Assembly: GCF_036321535.1 (NCBI RefSeq)
Contig: NC_087437.1
Span: forward strand, 49,168,001 to 49,232,000
DNA from: Camelus dromedarius
Lineage: Eukaryota
Length of the DNA: 64,000 bases
Reading direction: 5' to 3'
Shown one piece after another: positions 11,641 through 24,503 of this stretch. A program made the translations under genes and the position numbers. A model generated the notes under the pieces. That model searched no databases. It saw nothing but the letters and a program-made list of their open reading frames with translations, and had not been told where the DNA came from. How positions within the stretch are numbered: position 1 is the first letter of the stretch; each line of letters begins with the position of its first letter.

Positions 11641-12334
11641 GCAAATATGCAGACCATCAGAGCTAATGGTGCGACTGTGAATCAGCTCACTTACCTCAGA
11701 CAATCCTAGCAACCAACTCAAAAAGATAGGTGTAATTAGTTACGTAATTATTGTTATCTGACAAAAGGAAATATGTATATTTTATGGAGAGACAAAATTT
11801 TCTTCCAACTTGTTAAATAATTTATTGGTTAAACTTTAGCACTGATCAACTTAACAGATGCTAGTCATGTGTCTCTTTCTTATGTCAACCCTTGGGAGGA
11901 ACAGGTATGAAAGAATATCGGGGTGTACAAGCAGGAATTTGAGATAATCAGGCCTTATATAATTTTTTGAAGGTAAAATTTAAATCAAATATAGAATTTA
12001 GAAGAATACATGAAAATAGCATATCTCCACCTTTTCCCTCTAATAGCAAATCACTCAGGCATTTAACCGAATTTGGATGAATTTTGAGAAGCTGGTTGTC
12101 AGTTTGTCCTTGAACACCCTGTGAGAGCAGAGCTTTGAGCATGGTGATCTCCCCTGTTGAATCAGAGGAGACTCCTGTGCAAGGATTTCATTTTCCTATG
12201 AAGGCTAAAGGTCTTGATCATATTCTCCTTGAATGGAGTTCCTCTGTACATGAGCAGTGGACCAATGCAGTAGTTAAATTAGATCTGTGTTTTGAAGTCT
12301 GAATATTCAGAAGCCCTTCCTTCACATCATTTCA

Positions 12335-12545
12335 TAGGTACTGCCTCTGCCTTCTCTGAGTGCCTAGTGTATGCTTGGTACTTTATAATCAAAATTTCAC
12401 TTGGTTCCCACAAAGACCAGTAGGTATTATCAATTTCATATTGTAGATGGTTAACTGCCCCAATTCACACAGCTAATCAACAGTGGAACTAGGATTTAAA
12501 TTCATATTTGCATGATAGCCAAGCCTGTGATGACAGCCACTGCCC
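12335..12545 (-). mobile_element. MIR SINE
   Basis: gtaggtattatcaatttcatattgtagatg..cacacagctaatcaacagtggaactaggatttaaa matches antisense MIR. Confidence 0.7.
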
Positions 12546-12751
12546 CGTATCACCTCCTCTCCTAAGTGTACCTACACTTTTACAGTCCGGCATTAGTGTC
12601 AGCAATGTTCATCCCTGATACGAAGAAGACATTAAAGTGAGAAAGTAGGCTTTGTCCACTCAGTTCTAATATATGAACTTTTGCATTTTATAGTGAAACA
12701 AGAAGCATTGGCTTGTTTTTAATATTTATAGGGGTTCTGGAGTTTTGGCTA

Positions 12752-12911
12752 GAGTACTACATCTCACTTTAAAGTGTATATATTCAGGGGCATTATTAAA
12801 ATGCAGGTTCTATTTCAGCAGGTTTAGGGTAGGGCCAAGAGCCAGCATTTCTAACAGCTTCCCAAATTACGCTAATGCTGTAGTTCCACAGACCGTACTT
12901 TGAATAGCAAG
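12752..12911. mobile_element. MER5B-like hAT-Charlie MITE
   Basis: ttaaaatgcaggttctatttcagcaggtttagggtagggcc..gcatttctaacagcttccca..gaccgtactttgaatagcaag matches the MER5 family. Confidence 0.8.
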
Positions 12912-13289
12912 CGACTGGAGGATCAGCACCCATTTGGGGGTCTCTAAGTGTGGGGCAGTTATTAGGTATTAGGTGAGAAGGATGAATGAAAGTAGACTCC
13001 AAGATGACATACTGCTTTCTAACAAAAGAAGTTGGGTATATAGACAAGTTTTAAAGGCCTTTATCATATATTTGTCTGGAGGATCTTGGCCAAAATTAGC
13101 TCACAATTTGAAGGAGAACAAGAAGGGCCAAGCCCTGTAATGGATACTTATGTTAGCTCTTTAATCCTCACCAGACGCTTGTGAGGAACATGGCTACCCA
13201 CCCTGCTTCCCTACACGTGATAGAAATGGTGGAGGTGGGTGGAGGGCAAGTGTAGAGAGGCAGGGAAACAGCTTGTGAGCAGCACATTT

Positions 13290-13510
13290 CTTGCACAGCA
13301 CCAGGCACTTTCATTTATGTCACCTCATTTCACCCTCATGACTATTATATGAAATACATATATTCTTACCTGTGGTTTTTCTAAATGACAACACTGAAGC
13401 TCAGAGATGTTAAATTAACTTGTCTGAGGTTATTAAACTCTGAAGTGGCAAGTGTAAGGTGGAAACCTGGAACTGCCTGACTCCGCAGTTCCTATTTTCT
13501 GCCATACCCT
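13290..13510 (-). mobile_element. MIR SINE
   Basis: aaatgacaacactgaagctcagagatgttaaattaacttgtctgaggt..ctgcctgactcc matches antisense MIR. Confidence 0.8.
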
Positions 13511-14799
13511 ATTGTGCTATCAACCCCCTCTACTTTGTGCAGACATGGATGATAACATTTTATTATAATCTGAGCCCATGATTCGTGGTTTGTTGCACAC
13601 CTAGTCCAACTCGTAAAACACAGGTGTAAAACAAGCCAACATGAGTGCAGTCAGCCTTGTTTACTCATTTTGTAGGAATCTGGGCTTGGAGTCTTTCATC
13701 ACCCAGAGGTTAGAAGAAGGAGGCTGCTATTACAGTGGTAAGGCTGCGGTTCATTGTCCAAGTTGGGCCATAACCAGTAATGGATTCCATAAGCACTTTC
13801 CTCCTTACATTGTCTCCATTGGGCTTTATCTCTTTTTTCCTGGGGGTGTTTGTGGCATCTTCACTTTGATTGTTGAGCTCTAGGAAGAAGAGGGCTCATC
13901 TCAGCACCTCATTTGACAGGTCCAAAAGGAAATCAACAGAAGAATAAAAAATTGAGGTGGCATTATCACCCTATTCTCTCCTTTCGAGACACTGCTGCAG
14001 TGAATCCTTTTCCACATCCTAGACCTTTGGCCCTTTCACATACGCTCTGATTTTTTTTTCCCGAGGCACAGCGATTAAATCAAGATGACTTCCTCTGGCA
14101 GCTCTGCTCAGAGTGGTTTCACAGATCATGAATTAGCTAATCTGGGGAGAGCAGATCAAAAGTAAAAATGTGAGTCTATAAGCAGCAAGTAACTTAAAAG
14201 TTCTAAACAGAAAGTGTATGTGTGTATACATATGTATCTTATATTAGAGGATGCCTCTGATATATAATTTGAGTGCTATGTCAATGTATTTGTTTAAAAG
14301 TAGGCTAGAGAAAAACAGCATAAGGAAATAAAATTGAAAGTGATTGCTACAAATGGCCACTGATGTGTGACAGTGTTTTCTGTATAGAATCAAATGATGA
14401 ATGAGATTGGAGAGGCAGAGAGGAAAGCAGGAAAAGAAAGTTTAGCACAAGAAGTGGGGAACAGAAGCAGTAGCCTCCTACTCACTTCAGAGAGAGAGAG
14501 AAAGAGAGAGAGATTGATTATTTTCTGGGAAATAGTATAGAAAAACTGAGCAGGAGGTGAGTATATGAGGGAATTTTCAAAATGAAGAAGGAAAATTACT
14601 TCTCTGGAAAAGCAAGTAGAATGCAAGAGATATGAGTGTCAAGGAGGGAAAAATTGTCTTAGAAATAGGCTTGATGTTTTGCAACGTTCTGAACTTAATA
14701 AGTGAACCGAGTGAGATACATTTCTAACCACTGCAGGTAACTTTCAAGACCTACTCACATATGGTTTGCATTTTGTTTAGTTTTGAAGTTTGTGAATCA

Positions 14800-15460
14800 T
14801 CTCATAAAACATTCCCATAAGAGCATGAGAAGAGTGCAGAAGTGAGGTGAGCATGCTCAGGAGAAGGACTAGCAGAAGTCTAGATGAAGAGAGTAATAAA
14901 AGGGAATTGGAATTTTAGAGAGAACAGTGAAGAATTCTGTTTCACTGGAGTATAGAACTCTTGATGTGGACTAGAGCAGTAATTGGTTGGACAGACATTA
15001 GATTGGAGTAGGATCACAGAGATCTTAAATTTTAGGGTAAGGAGTGGAGTTGAATGCACAGAGAGTTTTATCCTGGGAATGTGCTCCTTTTTTTTTAAGT
15101 GTATTATGACATACTCAAAGGTGGGTGGATGTCTCTCATGCTCTAGAGAGAGATCAGTATTAATGATACCAATTTCAATGCCTTTTACATTGAAGTCATA
15201 GTTGCAGCCTTGGGAGAGATAATGTGGTCCGGAGAGAAAATGCAGGGGAAAAAGAGATTACTTAGAACAGAACCTCAAAGAATGTTTACCCTTTTAGATA
15301 ATCAGGATAAGAAAAGAAGCCATTGATGAAGTCAGAGAAGTAGAAAATAAATCTGATTAAACATTGCCATATAAATAGAAAGTTTTAAGAAGCAAGGATG
15401 TGTTTAAGCATACTAAAAGCTGGAGGAGGAGTGCGGGGAAGATTAAGAAAGGTGTAAACA
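14800..15460 (-). mobile_element. Decayed L2 fragments
   Basis: Purine-rich antisense L2-like sequence (cttagaacagaacctcaaagaatgtttacc, gaagtcagagaagtagaaaataaatc). Confidence 0.5.
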
Positions 15461-16421
15461 GAAGAATTTGTGGGGCTTGACAGTTTGTAGTTCCAGAAGG
15501 CATGACGATTACAAGGATCACAGAGACACAGGCATTGATACATGTAAACCCATTTCATGTCCCATTTCTGTAAGACTGGTAAGAGATCAACATGTCAGTA
15601 TTATAACAAATAGAGAAGGTCTTTTGGGGCTTATACCTGGAAATTTTTCAAAACATATTTATCATTTACATCCTTTAGGGGAAGGGCAGCCAAAGCTGCT
15701 GAAAGTCAGTAAGGAGCAGTAAGGTAGGAAGACATAGGTTTAGGAAAAAAAAAAAAATCTGAGAAGCTGTGAATTATTTTTTGTAGCCCCAATTCTGCTT
15801 TATTTTACAATACAGAAGGGTGGAGAATAGAATGAGAATAAAGAGATGGAACATTCTGAATTTGACATTTTTGCCTCTTGGGCTCATAGCGAGGTTTAGG
15901 TATTTATGAGCCTAAGGCTTAACTTCCTTGACTTCTCTGCCCCAAGAATGAAGGACTATATATTTGAGAGTGCTAAACAGTGAAAGAATCAGAAGAGAAA
16001 AGCCTTTTAGGGCCATCCCTTTCAATGTGGTCACTTGGTTTGTGTTCAACCCTAAACCTGTCTAGGCTCCTTCCCACCATGCCCACCAGCTAAGTACTGC
16101 AAAGAGTCTCCTGCTCCTTCCTTTTCAAGGGACATATCTTTTCCTTGCAGATATGTTAACTTATACTTGACATTTTAGGTTGGGTCTGGTACTTTCTGAG
16201 TATAGAGTGAACTTGTAAAGTATATGGTCTTTAAGAGAGGCAAGGGGACTGTGTTAAATGACACTGCTGAGGAATGTATTAAATTCTGTTAATATTTTAA
16301 AACACAGTTTAGTTTGGAACACATTCAGAACCTATCTCAACATGGCTTTTGTTGATTGAAATTTGTGTTTATTGTATATGTATGTATATCCTTCACCCAT
16401 TATTTTTGCAGGAGTAAAACT

Positions 16422-16760
16422 TGTGTGGTAGCCTGCTATCTTTTCCTAAACGTCTTACAAAGATACACTATTTCCCCAGTCCTTTTGAAGTTAGGTTTGG
16501 CTGTACAACTCACTTTGGCCAATTAAATGTGGGCAGAAGTAGTGTAAGTCACTTCCAGACTGAAGGTCTAAGGCCTGATATATAATTCATCCCACTTCTC
16601 TTCCCCTATCATGGCATCCAGTAATTCTCCAGATGGTGGCTGCTCTATCAGCCTGATCTTGGAGTGAGGACCACATAGAGTGGAGATACCAGCCAACCCA
16701 TCATGGACATGTACCTTAAAAGAGAGGTACACTGAGATTTTTGTCCCTGTGGTATAGTTT
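16422..16760 (+). mobile_element. MaLR LTR, MLT1I/J-group
   Basis: ctttggccaattaaatgtgggcagaagtagtgtaagtcacttcc..ccagatggtggctgctctatcagcctg..gccaacccatcatggacatgta. Confidence 0.8.
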
Positions 16761-16984
16761 CCAACAACTTGAAATGTTCGTATGGGTTTCAAAGTGTTCT
16801 TGATCCCTGTGTCTGAGTCATACTCTTGGTACTCTCTGTGTGTAGTCAACTACACAAATTAATCTGCCTTATATAGATTTTATTTTCTCTCATTTCAAAA
16901 TTGAGTGTTTTATGTTTTTGTAAATCTTCAGCCAATTACTGTACACCTATTATGTGTTCAAAACTGTGCCGAGTCTTATGATAG

Positions 16985-17140
16985 AATACATTGGAAGAAA
17001 GCAAGATGTTTGCACTCAGAAGATCTGGTTTGAGTCTTGGCTTTGCTGTACCCTATCTAGTACCTGGCAAATTGCTTAAATTCCCTAACCCTTGCCTGTA
17101 GAATAAGGAAATAATAATGCCTCTTTCTGAAGAATGGGGA
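16985..17140 (+). mobile_element. MIR SINE
   Basis: cactcagaagatctggtttgagtcttggctttgc..tggcaaattgcttaaa..ctgtagaataaggaaataataatgcct. Confidence 0.7.
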
Positions 17141-17510
17141 AGATATTGCCAATATGTTAATTAACCATGACAGTTTAGCACATGTGGTCTACACTGTAAA
17201 ATATACTACATAATTATAGAACATTATCTTCTTGGTGTCTCCCTCTTGTGAAGGCTGTAAATGCATTGAAGCCATAAAGTATGTTTTATAGTTTTCTAAT
17301 CCTCAAAAATACTTAACAGTACTGGGTATATATTAGTCAATTATTAATTAGAGGTTGGCATAAAAAATATAGGAGTGTTATCTAGACAAGTGACACAATT
17401 GGGGTGCTCACTTTTCATTTTGAGTTACTTGTAGATGTGTTTTCTAGGTACCTGATTTGTATGCTAAAGAAAATATATAGTTAGTTTTATTACAGTTGTA
17501 AATGATAGTC

Positions 17511-17590
17511 TGTGTGTGTGTGTGTGTGTTTGTGAGAGAGAGAGAGAGAGAGAAAGAGACAGAGAGACAGAGAGACAAAGAGAAGAGAGA
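17511..17590. repeat. Compound (TG)n(AG)n/(AGAGAC)n microsatellite
   Basis: Read directly from the sequence. Confidence 0.95.
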
Positions 17591-20084
17591 TGGAAAGAAT
17601 TCAAGAACAGCTATTTACCTCTCCCAAAAGGAGAGGTGTATCATTGGCGATTAGGAGATGAACGGTAGCATGCAGAATAATTCTGCTGCTAAATGTTAAT
17701 CCATTTCAAGAACACATGTAAAGCAACTAAATCAAGGCTCAACCCTGAAATTTGAGTAAATTGGTTTAGATAGCTATTCTAAGAAACAAAGCAAGCAAAG
17801 ACCAGTGCAATAGAGGGCAAGTGTAAGTATTTGTGCTATTGCGTTAACTTGACCTCAGTTGATTTTTCAAGGTTTTCTCCAAGTAACTTAGAATTTCCAA
17901 AGGATCCTTTTGTTGTGCTATCTGGAACTACCCAAAAACTAAGAATGTGATTCTTTTGTTATGGAAAACAAACTGAAACCAAAGCTAAAAATAAACTTTA
18001 AAAGAGTGTCTTAAATCATTTCCTCCTGTATGGTGGGTTTATCTTTGTGATCTCCCCTTTCTAGGAGTGAGAGCAGGTTACAGACCTGGCTAAGTTCTTT
18101 GGACCAGAGTTAGAGCCAGGCTTTAGAGGTAGTGGAGATGGTCTTTCCTTGTGGGTCTCAAGTCAAGGAAGCCAGAGCCCTGGACCAGTAGGGACAGGCT
18201 CATATTTGGTTGCGGCACTTCATGAGTCTGGTCCTTGATGGACTGTTGGAAGAACAAATTAAAACAGAGGTAATCTAACGTTTGTGTAGGGCTTCGCAAA
18301 TTACCACTGGTGGAGGTACGTAAGATACTTTTAAGTGATTCATGATTGAGTAGTTTTTAATTTTAAGAGTTGTGTATTTATTTCCATATTTATTAGTTAC
18401 TTCCTATATATGGTAAGTAATTCCTTCCAGTTATGGAAAATAAATAAAGAAGAGTGAGTCAACTAAAAAAATTGGTTGCCTTTCAAAGAATGCAATTCAT
18501 ATGACGTATGAGATGACTTTAGGTGCTATAGGGATGAATATCTCTTAAACTTTTTAAATTGGGAAATAAAACCTATATAGACAGACTATCTAGACTGTCT
18601 AGACTATCAGAAAACAAACAGTTACATAATTACCACCAAGTAAAGTAAAAAAATTGTCATCACCATGGAAACTCTGTTTCCTTTCCAGTCTCTACCCTCT
18701 GCTGCCTCACCACTATCTTGCCTGTCATTGCACTGGGTTCTGTGCCCTTCTTTGGTTTTTCTATATTAAGATGCACTCCTCAATACCATCAAGCTAGTTT
18801 TGATGATGATTTTAATTCTTTGTAAATGGAACTACACATTATGTATTATTTGTGCTTGGCTATTTTACTTTTTCGCTTATGAGATTTATCTATGATGTTG
18901 CATGTAGCTCTAATTACATTTCATTGCTATATAGTATTACATTGCTGAATACACCATGATTTATGGTATATTATATTGCTGAATGTACCATAGTATATGG
19001 TACCATTATTTATTCATTTTATTGTTGGTAGAAATTTGTGCTGCTTCCAGTTTTCAACTGTTAACAGTAATACTGCTTTGAACATTCTTGTACATGTCTC
19101 TTGTGATGTATATGCACACATTTCTGTTGGATATATAGTAAAAGAATAGAATTGTTGAATCACAAGCTATGTATTACTTCAACTTTACAAGATGATTATG
19201 ATGATGAAACTGATGATAGTGATGATGAAAACTGTTTTCAAAGTAGTTGTGCCTATTTCTGTTACAACCAGCAGAATATGATTGCTTCACATCCTAATCA
19301 ACACTTGTCAGTCTTTTTAAATTTTAGCTGTTCTGGTATATATGTGTAGTGATATCTCATTATGATTTTAATGTGCATGTTCCTGATTATTAATGAAGAT
19401 AAATACCTTTTCATATGTTTTTGGACATTTACATATCCTCTTTTATGAAGTATCTGTTTGACTCTCTTGCCCACTTTTTTCTATTTTGTCATTTTTCTTT
19501 TTAATATTGATTTCTTTATATATCCTGGCTATTACTCTTTTGTTGGTAAAATACTGGTGTCCCTTAATAAAGAGTTCTTAATTTTAATATAATCAATTTT
19601 TCAATCACTTGAAACAAGTGATTTTTGTTTTCTAAGAAGTATTTCCTATCATAAGATCATGAAAATATACTCCCATGTTATTTTCCAGCAACTTTGTTGT
19701 TAACCTGACATATTTAAATCTATAACCCGCCTGGAACTTAATTTTTGAATAAGCTGTTAGATAGGGTGCAAGTTTACACTATTTTCCATCACCATTTATG
19801 GAAAACATTGATCTTTCTCTACAGTTCTGTAGTGCCATCTTTCCGTAAATCATGCCCAAAGAGCATGGGTCTGTGCCCAAGATCTCTCTTCTGTTTCATT
19901 GCTGTGTTTGTCTATTCCTTGCCAATACTATACTGTCTTAATTCTTGTTGCTTTATAATAAGTCATGATACCTTGGTAAAGCATGTCTTTACACTTTGTT
20001 TTTATTCTTCAAGTTTGTCTGAACTGTTTATTTGGTTCTTTTTTTTTTTTTTTTCTCCTTTCTGTATCAATTTTAGAGTAAGCT

Positions 20085-20207
20085 CAGTGGTATACTGGCC
20101 AACTGGCTCTCTAGGGGAAGAAAAAGATCTCTGATTTGTAGTGTTTGCCAATTTCCCTATGTTAAATACTCCACGTGGTTAGTTCCAAGCCACCACAAAC
20201 ACCACTG
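20085..20207. mobile_element. MER63-like hAT-Blackjack MITE, internally deleted
   Basis: Terminal inverted repeats CAGTGGT... and ...ACCACTG. Body ctgatttgtagtgtttgccaatttcc..gttaaatactcc matches MER63. Confidence 0.8.
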
Positions 20208-21689
20208 TAACTATTTTGGTTTGGGTTGCATTGAATCTATACATCAGTCTGAGAAAATGACATATTTACAATATAGTCTTGTCCAGCCCATGAATATGAT
20301 ACAGTTCTCCATTTATTTAGGTTATCTTTAACGTCTGTCAATAATACCTTATAATTATTTTCTATTCTTTTTCATAGAGATCTTACTTATATACTTTAAA
20401 TTTGTTACTAGGAATTTGATTTTTTTGATGATACAGAAATATATTTACATATAAAATATATATACTTGTATATGTTAAAAGTTTATTTTATTTTTAAATG
20501 TTTGTTTGTTGATATAAAGAAATGCATTTTTTAAAAGATTATATCAACCTTGTGCCCAGCAACATTCTCCTAACTCACATATATATTTTAAAATTTAGCT
20601 GTACATTTTTTCATTTTCTATGTATGCAGTACATATACAGTGACAGTTATATTTCTTCATTTTTAATGTTTATCCCTTGTATTTCTTCTTCTTGCCTTGC
20701 TGCATTGTATTACAGTTCAATGTTGAATAAATTAGTGACTGCTGTCATTCTTGTTCTATTCCGGATTTCAAAGTAAAAGCTTTCAGCATTTCACTGTTAA
20801 ATATGACTTCTTGCTGTAAGGTTTTTTTTTTCAGTTGTTGTTGTTTGATTTGTTTTTATACATGCCCTGTATTGAATTATGGAAGTTCCTTTCTGGTCTG
20901 GTTTACTAAGGGGTTTTAATTATATATGAATGGCTGCTGAATTTTGTCACATGCCTTTTCTCTATCTATTTAGACCATATTGTTTTTTTCTTTTTATTTA
21001 AGTGTAATGAATTATGTTAATCACTGTTTTAATATTATACCAATCTCAAATTCTAGATAAACTAGTAAATACATATTACTGGCTTCTGTTTGCTAAGTTT
21101 GTTTAAAATTTTTACATCTGTAATCATGAATATGATTACCTGTAACTTTTCCTTTTTATTAATATCCTTGTCTAGTTTTAATATCAAAGTTATTTTGGTC
21201 TTGTAAAAGAAGATAGGGTGCATTCCCCTTTTTTAATTTTCTAAAGAATTTGGATTTATTTCTCGGGCTACTTTGGATTTATTTATTGTTTGGTTGAATT
21301 CACTATCAAAGATAAAGAATTATATTACAGGAAATAGGACTATTCAAATTTAGATTTCTTCTTGTGTTAGTTTTGGAAAATTATATTGTCAGAAATTTCC
21401 ATTTCTTCAACATTTTCACATTGGCAAAAAGTTGTTCATGTAATTCTGTTGTAAATTTTTCCAAGTCTACAAAATCTATAGTGATCTGCAGTGATGTGCC
21501 TTTTTTATTGCTGATACTGATTTCTTCAAGCCTTTTTCTTCATTAATATAAATACAGGGTTTTAAAACTTTTACTAATGTCCTAAAAGAGACAATCTCTG
21601 AAATTTATTGATCTTATCTATTATTTATTTTCTATATCATTATCTTCTACTATTAACTTTATTTCTTCCTTCCCTCTACTCTCTGGGTT

Positions 21690-23200
21690 TTTCCTATTGA
21701 AGTATAGTTGATTTACAATGTTGTTAGTTTCAGGTGTATAGCAAAGTGATTCAGACATATATATTCTTTTTCAAATTATTTTCCATTTTAGGTTATTAAA
21801 AGATATTTGTATAGTTCGCTGTGCTGTATGGTAGGTCCTTGTTTACTGTATTTTAAATATAGTAGTGTGTATCTGTTAATCCCAAACTCCTAGTTTATTC
21901 CTCCCCTTCCCTTTGCTCTTTGGTAACCATAAACTTGTTTTCTATGTCTGTGAATCTGTTTCTGTTTTGCAAATATGTTCATTTGTATCATTTTTTTAGA
22001 TTCCACATCTAAGTGATATGATATGATATTTGTCTATCTGACTTCACTTAGTATGATAATCTCTAGGTCCATCCATGCTGCTGCAAATGACACTATTTCA
22101 TTCTTTTTTATGGCTTGGTAACATTCCATTGTATGTATATACCACATCTTCTTTATCCATCCCTCTGTTGGCAGACATTTAGATTGCTTCCATGTCTTGG
22201 CTGTTGTAAATAGTGCTGCTATGAACATTGGGGTACATATGTCTTTTCCAATTAGATTTTTCATCTTTTCTGGCTTTTCTGTGCCTTTGGCCATCTGTAT
22301 ATCTTCTTTGGAGAAATGTCTATTTAGGTATTCTGCAAATTTTTTTTATTGAGTTGTATATATGTAGAGAGAGGTGTATGAGCTGTTTGTGTACTTTGGA
22401 AATTAATCCCTTGTCAGCTGCATCATTTATGAATATTTTGTCACATTCTGTAGGTTGTCTTTTTGGTGGTGGTTTTCTTTGCTGTGCAAAAGCTTTTAAG
22501 CTTAACCCATTTATTCATTTTTGCTTTTATTTCCATTATTCTAGGAGACAGATTCACAAAAATAGTGCTGCAATTTATGTCAAAGTGTTCTGCCTATGTT
22601 TTTCCTCTAGAAGTTTTATAGTATCTGATCTTACATTTCAGTCTTTAATCCATTTTGAGTTTATTTTTGTATATTGTGCTACAGAATGTTCTAACTTCAT
22701 TCTTTTACATGTAGCTGTCCAGTTCTCCCAGCAACACATACTGAAGAGACTGTCTTTTCTTCGTTGTATATTCTTGCCTCCTTTGTCATAGATTAGTTGA
22801 CCATGCATGCATGGGTTTACTTCTGGGGTTTCTATCCTGTTCTATGATCTATGTGTCTGTTTTTGTGCTAATACCATACTGTTTTGATTACTTAGCTTTG
22901 TAGTATAGTCTGAAGTCAGGGAGTATGATTCCTCCAGCTTCATTCTCTGTCTCAAGATTGTTTTGGCTATTTGGGGTCTTTTGTGTTTCCATACAAATTT
23001 AAAAATTTTTTTATTCCAGTTCTGTGAAAAATGCCATTGAAAATGTGATAGGGATTGCATTGAATCTAGATTGCCTTGGGTAGTATGGTCATTTTAACAA
23101 TTTTGATTCTTCCAATCCAAGAACATCGTCTATCTTTCCGTCTTTTTGAGTCATCTTCAATTCTCTCATCAACATCTTATAATTTCAGAGTATAGGTCTT
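21690..23200 (-). mobile_element. Younger cetartiodactyl/camelid L1, 5'-truncated
   Basis: Antisense 3' end attgaagtatagttgatttacaatgttgttagtttcaggtgtatagcaaagtgattcag. ORF 22034..22294 encodes the ORF2 C-terminus KDICTPMFIAALFTTAKTWKQ. Confidence 0.92.
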
Positions 23201-24503
23201 TTTGAATTTTATTTTGTTGTTTAACTTTTTGATTTAGATGCATAACTCATTGGTTTTTAACTTTTCTTCTTTTTGAATATGTGCTTTTAAAGCTCTAAAT
23301 TTTTCTCTAAGTGTGACTCTTATCTGTATCCTATACTTTTGATATTTAGTAATTTTATTATCCTTCAGTTAAAAATATTTTGTAATCTTCAGTATGTTCT
23401 CTTCACTGAGTCCTGATTTATATATTATATATATTTATTAATTTCTAAATCAACAGGAATATTCCAGTAAAATATTTGATACTGGTTTCTAAATTAATTT
23501 CATATATCCCTAGAATATACTTTATATGATTTAAGTTGTTTGAAATTTTTAGTGCCATACTTTGTGGCCCATAATATGGTAAATGTTTGAAATGTTCCAG
23601 ATGTGCTTAAAAAGAATATTATTCAATTTTTATATGTATTATTTTCCACATGTTAATTAGGTCAAGTTTACTGTTCGTGTTACTTTTCTGTATTTTAACA
23701 GTTTTGCTATCTGCTCGCTTTTACTATAAAGTGAAATGTGTTACAATCTTACATTATAATTGTGGGTTTGTCTGTCTCATTTTACTGTCAATTGTTAACT
23801 TTAAGACTGTTATTCGATACATTCAAATACAGAATTGTCATAAAGTTTCCTTACTTTTTGCCTTAAATTCTATTTTATCTGATATTATGGTTACAAAAAT
23901 CTTATTTTAAGAGGGCTTTTCATTTTTTTTTTCTTTCAGTCTTTTTCTGTCTGTAGATTTTAGATATCTCTTGTAAAAAGAATGTAGTTTTTAATGAGGT
24001 CTGGTAATGTTTGTCTTTATCTTTTAACAAGAATATTTAGTCTATTTATATTTAATAAAATCACTCATCTATTTGAATTTAAATCTACCACTGTATTATG
24101 AGCTTTTTATTTGTTCTGTTTTTTCTTTTCCTCTTCTTCCTCATTTTCACTTGTATTGGTAATTTTTTATTGTTTTCCTTCTATTTCCTCAGAAGTTATA
24201 TACTCTTACTCTTCTTTCAGTAGTTATCTTTGGGATTGTAGTAGGTATTCTTGACTTTTCAAAATCTATTATTAGCTGCTTCTTTCAGACTCTACCTAGG
24301 CAATGCAAGTAGATCAAGGAAATTAGAAAGTTTAATTTCATTTACCCTTATTTTAATTAGAATGATTTAATTCCATTTATCTTCCATTTGACTATAATAC
24401 CATTATTTAGTGTATATTTTATTTATGTAAATAAGCCCAATAAAACTCTACTATGACTCTCTTGCACAACTAATGATCATTCTTATTTATTCACTTATTT
24501 AGC

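Noticed and set aside
16568..16849. 93-aa minus-strand ORF with protein-like composition
   Set aside because: Largely antisense of an MLT1 LTR; no recognisable domain.
18295..18540. Possible hAT-Charlie MITE; similar sequence at 48797-49130
   Set aside because: It resembles MER112/MER113-type elements, but I could not define termini or family confidently by eye.
22228..22791. Longest ORF in the track (187 aa, plus strand)
   Set aside because: It is the antisense of L1 ORF2, with the F/L/S/C-rich composition typical of such artefacts.
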